Shown here piece by piece: positions 60,378 through 64,000 of a DNA stretch of 64,000 bases. The notes beneath the pieces are model-generated. The model saw only the letters and a program-made list of their open reading frames with translations. It made no database searches and was not told where the DNA came from. The DNA lies in NCBI GenBank assembly GCA_035473115.1, contig DATION010000005.1:4399-68398 (forward strand), in the 5' to 3' direction. Numbering within the stretch: the stretch's first letter is position 1; every line of letters starts with the position of its first letter. Origin of the DNA: Candidatus Udaeobacter sp. GTDB taxonomy: Bacteria > Patescibacteriota > Patescibacteriia > Magasanikbacterales > GWA2-37-8. Made by a program: the position numbers and the translations under genes.

Positions 60378-61490
60378 ATGCCAAAAATCCTCATTCTTCA
60401 CGACTATTTCCTCTATAAAGGCGGCGGCGAAAGGCTCGTAATTAGCCTAGCCAAAAACCTTGGCGCAGATATTGCTACGGCTTTTATCGCCAAAGACGCT
60501 TTTGATCCGCGAGAGAGTGATATAAAAACAATTGAGCTATACAAAGAAAAACCTTGGTCGCGCCTACCCGGATTTAGGTATCTGCAAGTACAATTTTCTT
60601 TTTTATTTAAAACCAAATTTGCTCAAAATTACGACACTATAATCTATAGCGGCGATTGCCTCATAGCGCTTTTACGATTACAAAATAAAAAAAATATCGC
60701 CTATATGCATACTCCGCCGCGGCACTTATACGATGCTTATGAAGAACGCTTGAGTTCATACCCGCTCTGGAAAAAAATAATCTTCGTACCGTTTGTTTTA
60801 TTCAATCGCTGGCGTTTTAAATTTTTAGCCACAAAACTAGATACAATTGTTACTAACTCCAAAAATACCCAAGCTAGAATAAAAACATATTTGGGGTTAA
60901 ATTCAGTCGTAGTTTATCCGCCTTGTGATACTTTGCCATTTAAAAATCTTGGCAACGAAGGATACTTCTTTTCTTGGGCGCGGCTGTATCCGATTAAAAG
61001 AGTCGATAAAATTGTCGAAGCGTTTATTGGTTTGCCGGATAAAAAATTAATTATCGCTTCTAGCGGCCCGGATCTGGAAAAAATCAAAAGCCTGGCCGCT
61101 GGCCACCCAAATATTACAATTCTTGGCTGGATAAATGATGAACAATTATTAAATTACCTCGGAAAATGTCTAGCCACCATTTATATCCCAATCCGCGAAG
61201 ATTTTGGCATGAGTGCGGTTGAGTCTATGCAAGCCGGTAAACCGGTAATTGGCGTAGCTGAAGGCGGATTATTAGAAATTATTAATGACAACAAAAACGG
61301 CCTGCTGCTTGAACCAGATTTTGATTTAGCCAACTTACGCGAAACAATTAACCAAATGACTCCGAATTTGGCTAAAACAATGGAAAATAACTGCTATGAA
61401 ACAGCCAAAAAATTTAGCGAACAAACTTTTATTACAGGCATGAAAAATGTCATCTATGCACATAGTCCATTATCCAAAAAAGTGGTATAA
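60378..61490 (+). CDS. Glycosyltransferase family 4
   Basis: HDYF..GGGERL, YMHTPPR and EDFGMSAVESMQAGKPV. Confidence 0.92.
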   Translation: MPKILILHDYFLYKGGGERLVISLAKNLGADIATAFIAKDAFDPRESDIKTIELYKEKPWSRLPGFRYLQVQFSFLFKTKFAQNYDTIIYSGDCLIALLRLQNKKNIAYMHTPPRHLYDAYEERLSSYPLWKKIIFVPFVLFNRWRFKFLATKLDTIVTNSKNTQARIKTYLGLNSVVVYPPCDTLPFKNLGNEGYFFSWARLYPIKRVDKIVEAFIGLPDKKLIIASSGPDLEKIKSLAAGHPNITILGWINDEQLLNYLGKCLATIYIPIREDFGMSAVESMQAGKPVIGVAEGGLLEIINDNKNGLLLEPDFDLANLRETINQMTPNLAKTMENNCYETAKKFSEQTFITGMKNVIYAHSPLSKKVV

Positions 61491-61520
61491 TAAGTGTGTA
61501 TTTTTTGATAGTAAATATCA

Positions 61521-64000
61521 ATGCCTAAACGAGCAAAAAAACTAAACTTGCGGCACTGCGCTCTCTGCCAAAAAGTTGGCCATAATAAATCAACTTGCCC
61601 AACTAACAAGCAAACATTCCCAGAACCGGCGCAGCTTTCCATAAGCACAGAAAAAAAGGCATCTCAACCGCTTAAATTTTTTGTGCACCATGTCAACTAC
61701 AATGACCACCAATCCCCTCATCTCATTAATCTCAAAGAACACAAAGATAATTTATATGAAACCATAGAAGCGGTCGCACCCGCAGAAGAAACTGACTCAT
61801 ATCTTTATCAGAACTCATCAGCCAAAAATAAAACCCCAAATCTTGCGCCTTCATTTTCTACAAAAACTAGTTCTGCCAACACTCCGTCTATACCATCTCC
61901 AAAAGAAATAACCTCTGCAAATTTTGCCAAACAAACATCTGCGCCAAAGCTTTATAACTTTAAACAAAACACCAAAACTATCGCCGATAAGCTGCTGGCC
62001 ATTGCCGCTCCCAAACATTTGGTTAGCGCCGCTTTGTTAATTTTATTTGTATTATTTGTCCCAACCAAAGCCCGCACCTATTATTTTGATCTAAAATCCA
62101 CTGCTGACACCGTGGCCAACCACAGCACTGCCGGATTTTCATCTCTGCACGATTCCACCTCGGCGCTAATTAAAGGCGACATTGCTGGCGCTCAAGGATC
62201 CTTAACCAACGCCTTACAAAGCTTTGATCAAGCGGTCACTGTTTTAAACAGCCAGCACCAGCTTTTACAAAAAATCGCCGCCGCAGTGCCAATAATGAAC
62301 AATGAAATTAAAAGCCGAGAAAAATTAATTACCGCCGGCCAAGAAATCTCTTTGGGCAATACTTACCTGCTCAAAGGCTTATCAGAAATTAATACCAACA
62401 GTTCTACTATCACCGAAAACCTGAAATCCCTTGGCAACCACCTGGAATACTCCTTGCCTCACTACCGCACAGCTTTGGCTGATTTACAAAAAGTTGATTC
62501 CGATGTTCTGCCCTTTGAATATCAAAGTACTTTCAAAGAATTCCGCATACTTTTTAACGCTTATGTCGGTGATTTAGAAAATATCGCCAAACTTGATAGC
62601 ACCATCCAAGAAGTATTTGGCGGCCAAGGATTGCGCCGCTATTTATTAATCTTCCAAAACCCGGCTGAACTGCGGCCAACCGGAGGTTTTATGGGCAGTT
62701 TTGCTTTGCTCGATATTAAAGACGGCCAGATAGTAAAAATAGATATTCCAGCCGGAGGAACTTACGATCTGCAAGGACAACTAACCGAATACGTAATTCC
62801 ACCTACTCCTCTTTTGTTGTCCAACAAACGCTGGGAATTCCAAGATGCCAACTGGTTTCCTGATTTTCCAGCCAGTGCCAAAAAAATACTCTGGTTTTAC
62901 CGCCACAGCCGCAACTTAACTGCCGACGGAGTTATTTCGATAAACGCCAATGTACTCAACAGACTTCTCTCCATAATAGGACCAATTGCCGAACAAAATC
63001 ATAATATCGTTATTGATCAAAAAAATGCTTTGGATACAATTCAAAATATTGTCGAATACGGATCAGAAAAAAAAGAAAATAAACCAAAGCAAGTTATCTC
63101 TGACTTAGCGCCAGTGTTTATTGATAATTTCAAACAAATGAAGGCAGGCGCTATTTTGCCGATGCTGACAAACCTGCAGGAAGCTTTACAGCAAAAAGAG
63201 ATCCAATCCTATTTTACCGACGAAAATACCGAAAACACCATCAAAGAATTCGGCTGGAGCGGTGAGATTTTTAAAACCAATCCAGACCAAGATTATTTAC
63301 TCGTTGTAAATACCAATATCCAAGGACAAAAAAGTGATGCCAAAATAAAACAGACAATCAGCCATCAAGCTGTGGTTCAGCCGGACGGCACTATTTTAGA
63401 TAGCGTAGTTATCACCAGAGAACATACTGGCAACCCTGAAGAAAAAATGTATGGCCAAACCAATATAGACTACTTGCGACTTTATGTGCCAGCTGGCAGT
63501 GAACTGGTAAAGGCTAGCGGCTTTATCTGGCCTGATGAACAAAAATTCAAAGCTCCGGAAAACTGGTATAAAAAAGACGCAATGCTTAGCGACACAGAAA
63601 AAGAAACTAGCATTGATAGCCAGTCCGGCACCCGTATTACCGACGAATTTGGTAAAACAGCTTTTGCTAATTGGATAATTACCGAACCTGGCCAGACTAA
63701 TCAAGTCCAATTTATCTACAAACTGCCGTTTAAAGCTTGGGAACAGCCAACTGACGCCAACCTAAGCAGCTGGGCAAAAATTTTCCAATCCGAAATACCA
63801 ACTTCAAAATACCAGCTCGTAGCGCAAAAACAATCCGGTATTACCAGTAATTTTGATAGCCAAATAATTTATCCTGAAGGCTGGTCTCCTATCTGGCAAG
63901 ACGGCAACGGAATAACACTAGCAACAAACGGCGCAGCCATTAACCAAACCGAATTAAATACCGACAATGTCTGGAGTTTAGTAATGAAAAAAAATAGCAA
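61521..64000 (+). CDS. DUF4012-type membrane protein with N-terminal CCHC zinc knuckle (3'-truncated; absent from the ORF track)
   Basis: Frame from ATG 61521 reads MPKRAKKLNLRHCALCQKVGHNKSTCP, then a TM segment; later RRYLLIFQNPAELRPTGGFMGS, DANWFPDF and YLRLYVP. Confidence 0.82.
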   Translation, partial: MPKRAKKLNLRHCALCQKVGHNKSTCPTNKQTFPEPAQLSISTEKKASQPLKFFVHHVNYNDHQSPHLINLKEHKDNLYETIEAVAPAEETDSYLYQNSSAKNKTPNLAPSFSTKTSSANTPSIPSPKEITSANFAKQTSAPKLYNFKQNTKTIADKLLAIAAPKHLVSAALLILFVLFVPTKARTYYFDLKSTADTVANHSTAGFSSLHDSTSALIKGDIAGAQGSLTNALQSFDQAVTVLNSQHQLLQKIAAAVPIMNNEIKSREKLITAGQEISLGNTYLLKGLSEINTNSSTITENLKSLGNHLEYSLPHYRTALADLQKVDSDVLPFEYQSTFKEFRILFNAYVGDLENIAKLDSTIQEVFGGQGLRRYLLIFQNPAELRPTGGFMGSFALLDIKDGQIVKIDIPAGGTYDLQGQLTEYVIPPTPLLLSNKRWEFQDANWFPDFPASAKKILWFYRHSRNLTADGVISINANVLNRLLSIIGPIAEQNHNIVIDQKNALDTIQNIVEYGSEKKENKPKQVISDLAPVFIDNFKQMKAGAILPMLTNLQEALQQKEIQSYFTDENTENTIKEFGWSGEIFKTNPDQDYLLVVNTNIQGQKSDAKIKQTISHQAVVQPDGTILDSVVITREHTGNPEEKMYGQTNIDYLRLYVPAGSELVKASGFIWPDEQKFKAPENWYKKDAMLSDTEKETSIDSQSGTRITDEFGKTAFANWIITEPGQTNQVQFIYKLPFKAWEQPTDANLSSWAKIFQSEIPTSKYQLVAQKQSGITSNFDSQIIYPEGWSPIWQDGNGITLATNGAAINQTELNTDNVWSLVMKKNS

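Noticed and set aside
63396-63710. Minus-strand ORF at the window end, and the many other short antisense ORFs in the track
   Set aside because: They are shadows of long, well-supported genes on the opposite strand or frame.

Overview
64 kb of an AT-rich bacterial chromosome using genetic code 11 (TGA ends radA). Gene content and style point to Patescibacteria/CPR (Parcubacteria-like), which is an inference: scattered housekeeping genes, few SD motifs, pilin-like surface proteins, DsbA proteins, a DUF4012 protein and tRNA-Ile(UAU). The window is mostly housekeeping: tsaD, dnaE, pheST, rseP, lemA/htpX, clpC, radA, recG, pilB, ftsH, rpsA, gyrB, secE-nusG-rplK, queA, mltG, gmk, rplS, uvrA, secG and rnj. 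It also holds RNase P RNA, two tRNAs and the start of a surface-glycan locus. No transposase, integrase, cas gene or reverse transcriptase is visible. The notable signal is non-coding. At least four families of short structured palindromic repeats show covarying stems and fixed orientation or position relative to genes. Palindromic elements also lie in frame inside a GT4 glycosyltransferase, ClpC and PheT, reminiscent of Rickettsia RPEs. There is a 443-bp element made of two homologous arms in inverted orientation. Stand-alone orphan gene cassettes have predicted mRNA 5' ends that pair with their own SD. Two DsbA + Cys-rich pilin-like gene pairs are present. All alignments and folds were done by eye.
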